Positions 19,144 to 29,234 are shown, counted from the first letter of the stretch. The stretch: DNA of 63,660 nt from Candidatus Saccharimonadales bacterium (GCA_035493615.1 DATJHW010000097.1:1-63660), one strand, 5' to 3'. Notes: a model not told the origin generated them from the letters alone. Translations and numbers: made by a program.

Positions 19144-19760
19144 TCCCGGCCCGCGTGCGCCGCGGCGAGCTCCGGCGCGGCGCAGACGACGGCCGTGACG
19201 CAGAGCGCATCGCGGAGCGATCGCGCGACGACCGTGTCCTCGAGGAGGCGACGGGCGCGCGCCGCGTAGTACAGCCGGCGCAGGACGAGCAGCAGCAGCC
19301 GCAGGCCGAGGCGCCCCGGCCGGCTCGCAAGGAGCGGCCGCAGGACGCGCGAGCGGCCGCCAGGCCAGAGCTCGCGCCCGTCCGCCCGGGCGCTGGTCCC
19401 CCACCACATCGCGCGCGCGAGCCGGTCGGCAGCGCGATGGTTGTTCTCGTCGCCCGATGTCACGTCGCCGCGCGACTCGACGATCGTGATGAGCGGCAGA
19501 TCGTGCTTGAGCGCGATGTGCGCGACGAGGTGCACGTACAGCGAGATCCGCTCGGCCGCGCTGACCGAGCGATCCACGACGAGACCCTTCGAGCCGCCGG
19601 CGGCGATCGGGCTGACGAGGAGCGCCCGCGTCCCGGGCAGCGACGTGAACCGAGTGTGGATGCCGAGCCGCTCCTCGAGCATGCCGCGCAGCCGTTCTTC
19701 CTCAGAGCGCAGCGTGTTGCTTTCCGCGAGCACAGGGACAGCGGTCACTTCGGTAGCCAT
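19128..19760 (-). CDS. hypothetical protein (possible degenerate ImmA/IrrE-like domain)
   Basis: 210 aa. Overlaps the upstream gene by 16 nt. YVHLVAHIALKH resembles the HExxH helix of COG2856 peptidases but lacks the Glu. The C-terminal half is Arg/Leu-rich and low confidence. Confidence 0.5.
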   Translation of the reverse strand: MATEVTAVPVLAESNTLRSEEERLRGMLEERLGIHTRFTSLPGTRALLVSPIAAGGSKGLVVDRSVSAAERISLYVHLVAHIALKHDLPLITIVESRGDVTSGDENNHRAADRLARAMWWGTSARADGRELWPGGRSRVLRPLLASRPGRLGLRLLLLVLRRLYYAARARRLLEDTVVARSLRDALCVTAVVCAAPELAAAHAGRDHSTA

Positions 19761-20155
19761 ACCCGCAGGCCCTCCTCGAGGTATTCGCGGAGCGTTCGCA
19801 GGTCGGCGAGCTTCGGCAGCGTCCTCCGGAGATCGGCGAAGACCAGCGTCGCGAGCGGCTCGCCGACGAATCCAGCGAGCATCGTGCGGCCCTCGCCGAC
19901 GATCTCGGCAAGGGTCAGCTCCTCCTCGCAGCCAATGATCATCAGGGCGAAGTAGAGCCGAACGCAGTCCTCCGGGCTGTCGATGGCCCGCGTGACGCGC
20001 GTCTGCCCGGTCGCGACCCGCTGAAGCGTCGCGCGATCCAGCGAGACCGATCCTTCGGTGATCTCGTAGATGCGATCGACCAGCGAATCGAGCGAGCGGT
20101 CACCCCGGAGCGTCCGGATCGCTCTCGACACGCGCTCTCGGTCTTGCAGCCGCAT
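19745..20155 (-). CDS. hypothetical protein, XRE-like helix-turn-helix suspected
   Basis: 136 aa from ATG 20155, within ORF 19745..20548. RTLRGDRSLDSLVDRIYEI..VSLDRATLQRVATGQ has the spacing of an XRE HTH. Confidence 0.55.
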   Translation of the reverse strand: MRLQDRERVSRAIRTLRGDRSLDSLVDRIYEITEGSVSLDRATLQRVATGQTRVTRAIDSPEDCVRLYFALMIIGCEEELTLAEIVGEGRTMLAGFVGEPLATLVFADLRRTLPKLADLRTLREYLEEGLRVWLPK

Positions 20156-20240
20156 CGCGCGGAACGCTACTCCGCTGACCGTTCGATGTCGTCTCACATG
20201 TGGGATGACCGTCGCGGCCCCGGCGGCGAGGATCGTCGCG

Positions 20241-21701
20241 ATGCGCACGCCGGCGGCGATGGTTCTCGCCTCGCTGCTGTTCGGCCTCGCGGGCCAGCAG
20301 CTCTTCTTCGCGCGCGCGCTCGGGCTGAACGTGCTCGTCGCGACGGCGCTCCTTCTCGCGATCAGCTGGTGGCTCCGCCCGCGCGCGGTACGCGTGGACC
20401 TCGCGGACGCGTGGCTGCCGGCGGCGGCCCTGACCTCTGCGGCGCTCGCGACGCTCCGCGCCGACGCCGCGCTGCTCGCCTTCGACGCGGCCGCGGCGGC
20501 GACGCTCTCGTGCGCGTGGATGGCGGCGCTCGGCGGCGCGCGGATCACGCGCTACGACGCGCGTGCGCTCGTGGCCGAGACCGCGGACGGGATCGCGGGC
20601 ATCGTTGACCGGCCGGTGCGCCTGGTCGGTCAGGCCGCGGGCCCGATCGCCCGCATCGTCCGCAGGCGCAGCGGCCGGCTGCCGCGATATGCAGGCGGTG
20701 CCGCGCTCGCGAGCCCGTTCCTCGCGGCGTTCTCCGTCCTCTTCGCGTCGGCCGACCCCGTCTTCGCGCAGCGCCTGACCGACCTCTTCGACATCGTCCG
20801 CTGGCGCGAGCTCCTCCGCGACGCGGGGCAACGGACCGTGCTCTTCGCTGTCATCGCCTGGCTCACCGCCGCCGCGCTCGCGGCCATCGATCACGTCCGT
20901 GCCCCGCGCGCGGCGAACGAGGCTCACGGCGTCATCACGGTCGAGACCGCGGCCGTCCTCCTCGCCAGCGTTGACGCTCTGTTCGCGGTCTTCGTCGCGT
21001 TCCAGGTCGGATATCTGTTCGGCGGCCGCGACACGATCGACGCGGCCGGCATCCCATACAGCGCGTACGCGCGGCGTGGCTTCTTCGAGCTGATGGCGAG
21101 CGCGTCCCTCGCCGGTGCGGTGCTCTTCGGCCTCGGGCTGCAGTCGCGGACGCGATCGCGCGTTACGACCGCGCTTGGCCTCGTCCTGGTCGGGCTCACG
21201 CTGGTGGTGCTCGCCTCCGCGCACTACCGCCTCGACCTCTACCAGCAGGCCTACGGCTGGACCGAGCTCCGCTTCTACGCCGCCGCGGGCATCGTGTTCC
21301 TTGCGCTCGCGCTCGCGATCCTTGCCTGGAGCGTCGTGGCCAGGCGGATGCACGTTTCGCTGCAGCCGCTCGCCGGCGCCGCGCTCCTCGTCGCGCTGGG
21401 CGTGAACGCGGTGTCGCCATCGGCGTTCGTTGCGCGCGCGGATCTCGATCGGCTGATCGATCCGGCCGGGCTTCCGGCCGATGCCGAGCGGCGAATGGAT
21501 CCGGCATACCTCGTCAGCCTCGGCGACGGCGCGTTCCCGGTCCTCGTCGAGCTGCTCCCTTCGCTGCGCTGGGAGGACCGGAACCTCCTCGAGGCCTGGC
21601 TCCACTGGACCGCACGCCGGCGCGCGGCGACACCGGATCCCTGGGAGAGCATCAGCGTGGATCGCGTGCGCGCGAATGCCGCGCTCGGATCGCTGCGCTA
21701 G
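20241..21701 (+). CDS. multi-pass membrane protein (DUF4153/DUF4173-like)
   Basis: C-terminal ~486 codons of ORF 20070..21701. ATG 20241 is preceded by GGCGAGGA; ATG 20205 is an alternative. At least 10 hydrophobic segments and a soluble C-terminal tail. Confidence 0.65.
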   Translation: MRTPAAMVLASLLFGLAGQQLFFARALGLNVLVATALLLAISWWLRPRAVRVDLADAWLPAAALTSAALATLRADAALLAFDAAAAATLSCAWMAALGGARITRYDARALVAETADGIAGIVDRPVRLVGQAAGPIARIVRRRSGRLPRYAGGAALASPFLAAFSVLFASADPVFAQRLTDLFDIVRWRELLRDAGQRTVLFAVIAWLTAAALAAIDHVRAPRAANEAHGVITVETAAVLLASVDALFAVFVAFQVGYLFGGRDTIDAAGIPYSAYARRGFFELMASASLAGAVLFGLGLQSRTRSRVTTALGLVLVGLTLVVLASAHYRLDLYQQAYGWTELRFYAAAGIVFLALALAILAWSVVARRMHVSLQPLAGAALLVALGVNAVSPSAFVARADLDRLIDPAGLPADAERRMDPAYLVSLGDGAFPVLVELLPSLRWEDRNLLEAWLHWTARRRAATPDPWESISVDRVRANAALGSLR

Positions 21702-23593
21702 CCGGCCAGCATCCGCCGCGCGTTCCGTCGCGCGAGGGCCATGACCGTGAGCATCGGATTGACGCCGGAGGCATTCGGGAACGCGCTCGCGTCGGCCACG
21801 TGCAATCCGCGCACGCCACGGACCACGCCGTCGGGATCACTGACGCTGGCCTTCGCGCCGCCCATGCCCGCGGTGCCCATCTGGTGCGCGCTGAACATCC
21901 CGACGGTGTTCGGTGCGACACCGCCGCGCGCGACGGCCGCGGCGAACAGGCCGATGTCGCCACCGGGTCCGATCGCCAGCGGCCGGGTGTGGAACGTGCG
22001 GACCTCGTCCGCGCCGGCAGCCAGGTGGACCTTCGCCGTCTCGACGATCGCGCGCACGCACATCGCGGCGTCGGCACCGCGGACCGCGTACGACACGACG
22101 GCCGCGCCTTCGCGATCGATGCCGACACGGCCGGGCTCGCGGTCGCGCACGATCGGGATGAACGCCGCGTGCTGATCGAGCGCCTGCATGACCGCGCGGT
22201 GATCCGCAGCCGATCGCCACGAGATGCCCGCCGCGGCAACGCCCGGAAGCACCGACGGGACCTCGAGCCGGAAGCCGTACGAGCCGTCGAGATGGGCGAA
22301 CGCGTCCGACACGACGCTCTGTGGCACGCCCGACCACATCCGGACCGGCTCGGAGTACCGGCCGAACACGGCCGGCACCGGGTGGAGGAAGAGACGCCGG
22401 CCGGCCCGCGGGCCGCCGAGCCCGGAGCGCAGGAGGAGCGCGGGCGTGCCGATCGCGCCGCCGGCCAGCACGACCCGGCCGCAGCGCAGCACGATCCGCG
22501 CGCCGCCGGCCTGCGCGACGACGCCGGTGACCGCACCGCCGGCCGTGGTGATGGTCCGCGCGTCGCAGCCCGCGACCACGCGCACGCCGCGCGCGACCGC
22601 GTCGGTCAAATAGGTGCGCGCGCTCGAGCGCTTCGCCCCGGCCCGGCACCCGTAGCCGCAATGCCCACAGTCGCCGCACCCGCGGGCGTTGCGCGGGATC
22701 ACCGACCACGGCAGCCCGAGCGCGTCGAGGCCGCGCGCGAGGGCGTCGTTCGGGGCGTTCCGGATGCTCTCGTCGGTGTTCACGTCGATCCGCTCTTCGA
22801 TCGCGGCGTAGTGGTCGTCGAGCTCGCGGCCCATCCCGTCCACGCCGAGCGCCTCCCACTCGGCGCGCACCTCCTCGGGCAGCCGGAGCGAGGTCATCCA
22901 GTTCACGACGGTGCCGCCGCCGACCACCCGACCGGCGAACAGCACGACGCCGAGATCGTCGGTCGCGGCGAGGCCGCGGTCCCAGAACAGGCGCGCGCTG
23001 CCCTCCGCCTCCCGCGGCACGAGATCGGGCTCGCTCCAGGCCGGTCCTCGCTCGAGCACGATGACGGAGCGGCCGGCCGCGGCGGCTTCGAACGCGGCGA
23101 CCGCGCCGCCCGCGCCGGAGCCCACGACGCACACGTCGCACTCGAGGGTGTCGCCGTCGCGCACCGCCAGCGGGGCGATCGCGAGCGGCCGGTCCGGGAG
23201 TGGCAGCGGATCCGGCCGGGCGTACCCGGTCCCGGGCAGGAGCCCGGCGGCACCGGCCTCGGGCCGCGAGTACGCGATGAACAGCGAGAGACGCTTGACC
23301 GCCTGGAAGGCGGTGCGGAGCAGCCCGAGGCGCGAGTCGGCCCACCGGCGCAGGTACGCCTCGCGCTCGCGCTGGCCGAGGTCACTGAACCGCACCGGCC
23401 GCCGCACGAGCACGAGGTTCGCGACCCGCGAATCGATGAGCCGCAGGAAGAGCCGAAGATCGGTGAGCAGCTTCGGCCGCCCGATGGCCGCGAGCTCCGA
23501 GACAATGGCGTCCGCGATCGCGCCGGGGCTGCCCTCCGGCACGAACGTGCCGCAGACCGTGACGAGCGCCGCCCGCTCGCGCGCGCCGATCAC
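21698..23593 (-). CDS. GMC family oxidoreductase (long-chain fatty alcohol oxidase-like)
   Basis: 631 aa. FAD motif DVCVVGSGAGGAVAA. N-terminal ~150-aa extension typical of alcohol-oxidase-type GMC enzymes. C-terminal HQMGTAGMG..VADASAFP. Confidence 0.85.
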   Translation of the reverse strand: MIGARERAALVTVCGTFVPEGSPGAIADAIVSELAAIGRPKLLTDLRLFLRLIDSRVANLVLVRRPVRFSDLGQREREAYLRRWADSRLGLLRTAFQAVKRLSLFIAYSRPEAGAAGLLPGTGYARPDPLPLPDRPLAIAPLAVRDGDTLECDVCVVGSGAGGAVAAFEAAAAGRSVIVLERGPAWSEPDLVPREAEGSARLFWDRGLAATDDLGVVLFAGRVVGGGTVVNWMTSLRLPEEVRAEWEALGVDGMGRELDDHYAAIEERIDVNTDESIRNAPNDALARGLDALGLPWSVIPRNARGCGDCGHCGYGCRAGAKRSSARTYLTDAVARGVRVVAGCDARTITTAGGAVTGVVAQAGGARIVLRCGRVVLAGGAIGTPALLLRSGLGGPRAGRRLFLHPVPAVFGRYSEPVRMWSGVPQSVVSDAFAHLDGSYGFRLEVPSVLPGVAAAGISWRSAADHRAVMQALDQHAAFIPIVRDREPGRVGIDREGAAVVSYAVRGADAAMCVRAIVETAKVHLAAGADEVRTFHTRPLAIGPGGDIGLFAAAVARGGVAPNTVGMFSAHQMGTAGMGGAKASVSDPDGVVRGVRGLHVADASAFPNASGVNPMLTVMALARRNARRMLAG

Positions 23594-25317
23594 GCCGCGG
23601 GAACGCGCTTCTTCTTGTCCTCCTCGGCCAGCTGCCGCCGAAGCACCTTGCCGATCAGGGTCTTCGGCAGCGAGTCCCGGAACTCGATCGCTTTCGGGAC
23701 CTTGAATGGCGCGAGGTGCTCGCGGCAGAACGTGATGAGCTGGTCGGCGGTCGCGGTCTGGCCGGGCTTGAGGACGACGAACGCCTTCACCTCTTCGCCC
23801 TTGATCGGGTGCGGCACGCCGATCGCCGCGCCCTCGAGCACCGCGGGATGTCTCGCGAGCGTCTCCTCGACCTCGCGCGGGTACACGTTGAAGCCGGAGA
23901 CGATGATCATCTCCTTCTTGCGGTCGACGATCGCGACGTAGCCGTCGGCGTCCATGGTCGCGATGTCGCCGGTGTGCAGCCAGCCATCGCGCAGCGTCGC
24001 GGCCGTCTCCTCGGGCCGGTCGTAGTAGCCGTCCATCAGCTGGGGACCGCGGATGAGGAGCTCCCCTGCCTCGCCGGCCGGGACGTCGTTCTGGCCGGTC
24101 TCGAGATCCACCAGGCGCGTCTGGGTGTCGGGGAAGGTGAGGCCGATCGTGCCGATCCGGTTCTTCGCCGAGTCGAACACGGGATTGCAGTGAGTCACCG
24201 GCGAGGCCTCGGTCAGGCCGTAGCCCTCGACGAGATTCGCGCCGGTGAGCTCACGGAACTTCCGCGCCGTCTCCATGAGCAACGGCGCGGAACCGGAGAT
24301 GCAGGCCGTGATCGAGCGCAGGTCGTACTTCTGGGCCAAGGGCGAATTGTTGATCGCGTTGTAGATCCGGGGCGCGCCGTGGAAGAGCTTCGGCTTGTGG
24401 CGCTGGATGTCCTTCAGCACGTGCTCGAGGTCGAGCTGCGGCTCGAGGATGATCGCGCCGCCCGAGAGCACCGCGAAGTTCATCACGGTGGTGAGGCCGT
24501 ACACGTGGAAGAGCGGCATCACGCCCATGACGGCGTCCTTACCGTCGCGCATGGCCTTGCCGAACCAGGCCGCGCACTGGAGCGTGTTCGCGACGAGCGC
24601 GCGGTGCGAGAGCATCGCGCCTTTTGATGTCCCCGTGGTGCCGCCGGTGTATTGAAGGAGGGCCACGTCATCCGCTGTGACGGGGGCCGCGGACTCGTCC
24701 CCACCGAGCGACAGCACCTCCCGGAGCGCGATCGCCCCGGGGTCGCCGGCGAACGCGACGCGGTGCCCGTCCTTCTTCTCCTTCGCGAACGTGAAGAGCG
24801 TGCGAAGGATGGGCGGCATCTCCTCCTTGATGTTGGTCACGATCACGTTGCGGATCCGCGTGCCTTCGCGCGCGGCCCGGACGACCGGGTAGCCGCGCGA
24901 CAACACCACGATCGTCTCCGCTCCCGAGTCCGCCAGCTGGTAGCGGAGCTCCGGCGGCGTGTACAGCGGGTTGCACGGCACGACGACCGCGCCGATCCGA
25001 AGCGCCCCGAAGAACGCGATGAGGAACTGCGGGCAATTCGGAAGATCGATGGCGACCTTGTCGCCCTGCTTCACGCCGAGCGCGCGCAGCCCGGCCGAGA
25101 ATCGCTTCGCGTCCTTCAGCAGTGACGCGTACGACCGCTTCGCGTTGAAGAAGATCGTCGCCGTCGACGCGGGGTAGAGCTCCGCCGCCTGGTCGAGCAG
25201 GGCATGCAGCGGCACGGCGGGATACTCGAGCGACGCCGGCACGCCCGCGTCGTAGCCCTTCGTGTACTCCGGTGCCCGCGTCGTGGGCTTCGCTGTGACC
25301 GCGATCCGCTGGGCCAT
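23590..25317 (-). CDS. fadD: long-chain-fatty-acid--CoA ligase
   Basis: 575 aa. YTGGTTGTSKGAMLSHR, GYGLTEASP, WLHTGDIA and DRKKEMIIVSGFNVYPRE motifs. Confidence 0.9.
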   Translation of the reverse strand: MAQRIAVTAKPTTRAPEYTKGYDAGVPASLEYPAVPLHALLDQAAELYPASTATIFFNAKRSYASLLKDAKRFSAGLRALGVKQGDKVAIDLPNCPQFLIAFFGALRIGAVVVPCNPLYTPPELRYQLADSGAETIVVLSRGYPVVRAAREGTRIRNVIVTNIKEEMPPILRTLFTFAKEKKDGHRVAFAGDPGAIALREVLSLGGDESAAPVTADDVALLQYTGGTTGTSKGAMLSHRALVANTLQCAAWFGKAMRDGKDAVMGVMPLFHVYGLTTVMNFAVLSGGAIILEPQLDLEHVLKDIQRHKPKLFHGAPRIYNAINNSPLAQKYDLRSITACISGSAPLLMETARKFRELTGANLVEGYGLTEASPVTHCNPVFDSAKNRIGTIGLTFPDTQTRLVDLETGQNDVPAGEAGELLIRGPQLMDGYYDRPEETAATLRDGWLHTGDIATMDADGYVAIVDRKKEMIIVSGFNVYPREVEETLARHPAVLEGAAIGVPHPIKGEEVKAFVVLKPGQTATADQLITFCREHLAPFKVPKAIEFRDSLPKTLIGKVLRRQLAEEDKKKRVPAA

Positions 25318-25332
25318 CTTCCCTACCTCCGC

Positions 25333-26481
25333 TCAGGCCTTGAGCAGCTCCTCCGCGATGATCATGCGCTGGACCTCGCTGGTCCCTTCATAGATCCGGA
25401 GGATCCGGGCGTCCCGATAGGCACGCTCCACGGGCGACTCCTTCATGTAGCCCATCCCGCCGTGGATTTGGAGCACCCGGTCGACGACGCGTCCGGCCAT
25501 CTCCGAGGCGAACACCTTCACCATCGCCGCCTCGGTGGAGGCGCGGATGCCCCGGTCCAGCTTGGCCGCAGCGTCGTACACCATCAGCCGTGCGGCGTGG
25601 ATCTCCACCGCGGAGTCCGCGAGCATCCACTGGATCGCCTGGTTCACGGCGATCGGCTTCCCGAACTGCACGCGCCGCTTGCTGTGCGCGATCGCCATCT
25701 CGAGCAGGTGCTGGCTCGAGCCGACCGCGCCCGCGGCGAGCGACACGCGACCGATGTCGAGAGCGCCGAGGGCGGTGCGGAATCCGCTCCCGACCGTCCC
25801 GCCGAGCACGTTCTCCTCCGGCACCTCGCAGTCCTCGAAGATGAGCTCGCCGGTGTAGCTGCCGCGAAGTCCCATCTTGTCGTCGACCTTGCCGACGCGG
25901 AATCCGGCGAAGCCCTTCTCGACGACGAACGCGGTGATCCCGCCCCGCGGCCCGAGCTTCCGGTCGTTCGCCGCGTACACGACCACGACGTCGGCGATCG
26001 GTCCGTTGGTGACCCAGATCTTCGTCCCGTTGAGGATCCAGCGGTCGCCACGCTTCGTCGCGCTCGTCTGGATCGACGCGGCGTCCGATCCGCTCGACGG
26101 CTCCGTCAGCGAGAAGGCCGCGATCTTCCGCCCGGCCGTCAGGTCAGGCAGGTACTTGCGCTTCTGCTCTTCGGTCCCGCCCAGATAGATGGACATCGAA
26201 CCGATCGACGTGTGCGCTCCGATGAGGTTGGAGAACGCCGCCGAGGTCCGCCCGAACTGCTCGAGCGCGACGCAATAGCCGAGGTCCCCCGCGCCCACGC
26301 CGCCGTACTCCTCCGGGAACGGGAGCCCGAAGAAGCCGAGCGCGCCCATCTCCTTGAGGATGGCCTCCGGGATCTTGTCGTCCGCTTCGACCTGCTGCTC
26401 GATCGGCTGCAGCCGGCCTTCGACGAACTCGCGCGCCGTGCGGGCCAGCAGCTGGAGCTCGTCCGGGATATCGAAGTCCAC
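25333..26481 (-). CDS. acyl-CoA dehydrogenase
   Basis: 382 aa. AFSLTEPSSGSDA, WVTNG, QIHGGMGY and IYEGTSEVQ motifs. Confidence 0.9.
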   Translation of the reverse strand: MDFDIPDELQLLARTAREFVEGRLQPIEQQVEADDKIPEAILKEMGALGFFGLPFPEEYGGVGAGDLGYCVALEQFGRTSAAFSNLIGAHTSIGSMSIYLGGTEEQKRKYLPDLTAGRKIAAFSLTEPSSGSDAASIQTSATKRGDRWILNGTKIWVTNGPIADVVVVYAANDRKLGPRGGITAFVVEKGFAGFRVGKVDDKMGLRGSYTGELIFEDCEVPEENVLGGTVGSGFRTALGALDIGRVSLAAGAVGSSQHLLEMAIAHSKRRVQFGKPIAVNQAIQWMLADSAVEIHAARLMVYDAAAKLDRGIRASTEAAMVKVFASEMAGRVVDRVLQIHGGMGYMKESPVERAYRDARILRIYEGTSEVQRMIIAEELLKA

Positions 26482-26491
26482 GGTCGCGAGC

Positions 26492-27181
26492 CTAGACCTC
26501 GGCGGTATGGATGGCCGCGATGCCCGCCGTCAATCGCTCGAAGGTCACGCGGAATCCCGCCTCACGGAGCATGGCCGCGAGCCGCTCGGGCTCCGGGAAC
26601 GGCCGCAGGGAACGCGGCAGGTAGCGATATGCCTCGCGGTCGCCGCCGAGGAGCAGCGCGATCGCGGGCGCGATGTGCTCGAAGTAGAAGGCGTAGAGCC
26701 AGGCGAACGCCGCGCCCGGCGGATGCGAAAGCTCGAGCACGACCGCCCGGCCACCGGGCCGGAGTACCCGCCGGAACTCGGCGAAGGCGCGTCCGAGGTC
26801 GCCGACGTTCCGGACGGTGAAGCCGGTCACGATCCGGTCGACGCTCGCGTCGGGCAGCGGCAGCGATTCGGCGGTCCCGACCAGCGCCCTGATCCGCTCG
26901 CGCTGCGCGCCGGTGGACCGGCGCGCGAGGACGGCGAGCATCCCGGGGGAGAGATCGAGCGCGACGACCTCCGCGCCCCGCGCGGCGGCGGCGAATGAGA
27001 GGTCGCCGGTGCCGGCGCCGACGTCGAGCACGGTCATGCCGGGCCCGATCCTTGCTCGCGCGATCGCCTGGCGGCGCCAGGACAGGTCGGTCCCGAACGA
27101 GAGCACGCGGTTGAGGAGGTCGTAGCGCGCGGCGATGCGGTCGAACATCGTCGCGATCTCGCGGTCGTGCCCGTCGGTCAT
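26492..27181 (-). CDS. ubiE: demethylmenaquinone/ubiquinone C-methyltransferase (UbiE/MenG family)
   Basis: 229 aa. FDRIAARYDLLNRVLSFG, VLDVGAGTGD, FTVRNV and YLPRS motifs. Confidence 0.85.
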   Translation of the reverse strand: MTDGHDREIATMFDRIAARYDLLNRVLSFGTDLSWRRQAIARARIGPGMTVLDVGAGTGDLSFAAAARGAEVVALDLSPGMLAVLARRSTGAQRERIRALVGTAESLPLPDASVDRIVTGFTVRNVGDLGRAFAEFRRVLRPGGRAVVLELSHPPGAAFAWLYAFYFEHIAPAIALLLGGDREAYRYLPRSLRPFPEPERLAAMLREAGFRVTFERLTAGIAAIHTAEV

Positions 27182-27201
27182 CTGCCGCGAACGCTAACCT
27201 C

Positions 27202-27927
27202 TTGACCATCAGCACTGCACTCTTCATCTACGCGCATCCCGACGACGAATCGTTCGTCTCCGGCACGCCCATGAAGCTCGCCGACGCCGGACACACGATC
27301 GCGCTGCTCACGCTCACCCGCGGAGATGCGGGGTTGTGGCTGGGCAAGGCCTTCGGCATGTGGTCGAAGGCGGAGCTCGGCACGGAGCGCGCGAAGGAGT
27401 GGGCGGCGGCCGTCGCGACGATCGGCTTCGGCTGGTCGCGCCTGCTGCGGTACCCCGATGGCGGGCTCAGGGACGCGCCGGCCGACGTCCTCACGGCCGA
27501 CATCGTCGCGGCGATCCGCGAGGTGCGGCCGGAGATCGTCTGCACGTTCGGGCCGGAAGGCGCCGGCAGCGAGCACGACGACCACCGCTCGACCTCGTTC
27601 TTCGCGGCGCGCGCGTTCGCGCGCGCGGCCATCCCCGATCAGTATCCGGAGCGCGGGGAGCCGCACCTCGCGCGGCGGCTCTTCTTCAGCGCGACGCCGT
27701 ACACCGCCGACGCGCCCGCCGCATTCGGCGCGACGACCCCGACTCACAGCATCGACGTCAGCGCGTACGAGCAGCGCAAGGCCGCGGCGTTCGAGTGCCA
27801 CAAGACGCAGCACAAGGACCGCGACTTCTTCTACGACCTCCTGAAGCGGCGCGCCGGCAAGGAGTACTTCCACCTCGCGATCGACCGGACCGGTGCGATG
27901 CCGAAGTCCGACGATCTGCTGGGCTAG
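27202..27927 (+). CDS. PIG-L/LmbE family N-acetylglucosaminyl deacetylase
   Basis: 241 aa with a TTG start. IYAHPDDESF and HDDHR zinc-binding motifs. Confidence 0.85.
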   Translation: MTISTALFIYAHPDDESFVSGTPMKLADAGHTIALLTLTRGDAGLWLGKAFGMWSKAELGTERAKEWAAAVATIGFGWSRLLRYPDGGLRDAPADVLTADIVAAIREVRPEIVCTFGPEGAGSEHDDHRSTSFFAARAFARAAIPDQYPERGEPHLARRLFFSATPYTADAPAAFGATTPTHSIDVSAYEQRKAAAFECHKTQHKDRDFFYDLLKRRAGKEYFHLAIDRTGAMPKSDDLLG

Positions 27928-28737
27928 ATGGCCCTCGCGACGCTGCCGCTCGTGCTCTGCGTGCTCATGGTCGAGCTCGCGATCGGCGGCGCGTTCCTCA
28001 TGTGGTACATCGATCGCACCGAGACCGCGCCGTCGGGCTTCCTGAAGCTGACCGCGTTCGTCGACGCCGGCGCGGTCGCCTTCGCCGGCGTCCTGCTGCC
28101 CGCGCTTCCGCGCGGCGATCTCGTGGCGCGGGCGGGGCTCGACGGAACCGCGCTCGCCGCCTTCGCGCAGCTGCTTGTCGTGGTGATCGTCCTCGTGGTC
28201 GCGCAGCTGGTCGCGTCGTTCACGCCGTGGAAGGCAGTGCGTGAGGTCGTGGGGATCATCACGGTGCTCGCCGGTGTCTTCGACCTCGTGCTCGCGGCCG
28301 TGGCGCGGCCGTCGACATCGCCGTTCGACGCGTTCGCCCTGGTCGCACTGCCGCTCGGGGCACTCGCGCTCGGTGGCGCGGACGCGGCGATGCTGCTCGG
28401 CCACTGGTACCTGGTCACGCCGAAGCTCTCGTCCGGCCCGCTGCAGCGTGCGGCGCTCGTGCTCGTGGGCGCGGTCGTCCTGCAGATCGTGCTGGTCGCG
28501 GTCTCGGTCGCGCGCGGCGAGCTCACGCTGAACATGGAGATGGCGTTCGTGGTCGCGGCCGGGCTGCGGGTCGGGGTCGGGCTGTTCATGACGCTCGCGG
28601 TGGCGCTCGCGGCGTGGTGGACCGCGCGGATGAACACGCAGGCGTCCACGGGATTGCTCTTCGTCGGGCTGGGCTGCGTGCTCGCGGGCGAGGTCAGCGC
28701 GCGGGTGCTGTTCTTCCTGACCGGAGCCGCGGTCTAG
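27928..28737 (+). CDS. hypothetical integral membrane protein
   Basis: 269 aa. Starts at the base after the PIG-L stop. About 8 hydrophobic helices. No recognised domain. Confidence 0.65.
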   Translation: MALATLPLVLCVLMVELAIGGAFLMWYIDRTETAPSGFLKLTAFVDAGAVAFAGVLLPALPRGDLVARAGLDGTALAAFAQLLVVVIVLVVAQLVASFTPWKAVREVVGIITVLAGVFDLVLAAVARPSTSPFDAFALVALPLGALALGGADAAMLLGHWYLVTPKLSSGPLQRAALVLVGAVVLQIVLVAVSVARGELTLNMEMAFVVAAGLRVGVGLFMTLAVALAAWWTARMNTQASTGLLFVGLGCVLAGEVSARVLFFLTGAAV

Positions 28738-29234
28738 CTCGCGCGGCGGCGCTTCTGGTGCCGCCGGGGCTCGTATTCCTCTTCGTCGAGGATCGCCCAC
28801 TCGCGGCTCGAATAGAGGGTCGACGCGATCACACCGTCGACGAGCAGCACGACAAGGCCCGCGAACGCCGACACGACCGCCCCCGGCGACGCGCCCGCGG
28901 CGGCGAGATCGGTGGACCGAAGGGCCGCGGATGCGGCATACAGGAGGAGCACCACGACCGCGGCGACGACGTCGAGGCGCGCGAGCGCGCGATCTTCTCT
29001 GGCGGCGTCGGTGGATTCGACCACCGCCGTGATGGCGGCGAGCGCCGCGGCGACGACGGTCGCTCCGGCTAGCCACGCATCGGCGATGACGAACCCATTC
29101 GTGTCACGGGCACCCCACCCGAACCACGCCATGAGGTCGAGCACTGTGACGCCGATCGCGAGGCCGAGGGCGATGTGACCGAGCTGCGGCCGCAGCGCGA
29201 ACCCGAAGCGGCGCCCCTCGAGGAATTCCTTCAT
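28734..29234 (-). CDS. membrane protein (DUF2231-like)
   Basis: 166 aa, four hydrophobic segments, acidic/basic C-terminal tail. Confidence 0.6.
   Translation of the reverse strand: MKEFLEGRRFGFALRPQLGHIALGLAIGVTVLDLMAWFGWGARDTNGFVIADAWLAGATVVAAALAAITAVVESTDAAREDRALARLDVVAAVVVLLLYAASAALRSTDLAAAGASPGAVVSAFAGLVVLLVDGVIASTLYSSREWAILDEEEYEPRRHQKRRRAS

Noticed and set aside
17794-19407. 537-aa minus-strand ORF opposite the hydrolase-cyclase gene
   Set aside because: It is a shadow ORF, Arg/Ala/Pro-rich with no motifs. The plus strand encodes clear class III cyclase motifs.
27178-29076. 632-aa minus-strand ORF spanning the PIG-L and membrane-protein genes
   Set aside because: It is extremely Arg/Glu/Asp-rich low-complexity sequence with no domain signatures. 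It lies antisense to two plus-strand genes with clear motifs (AHPDDE) and membrane-helix periodicity.
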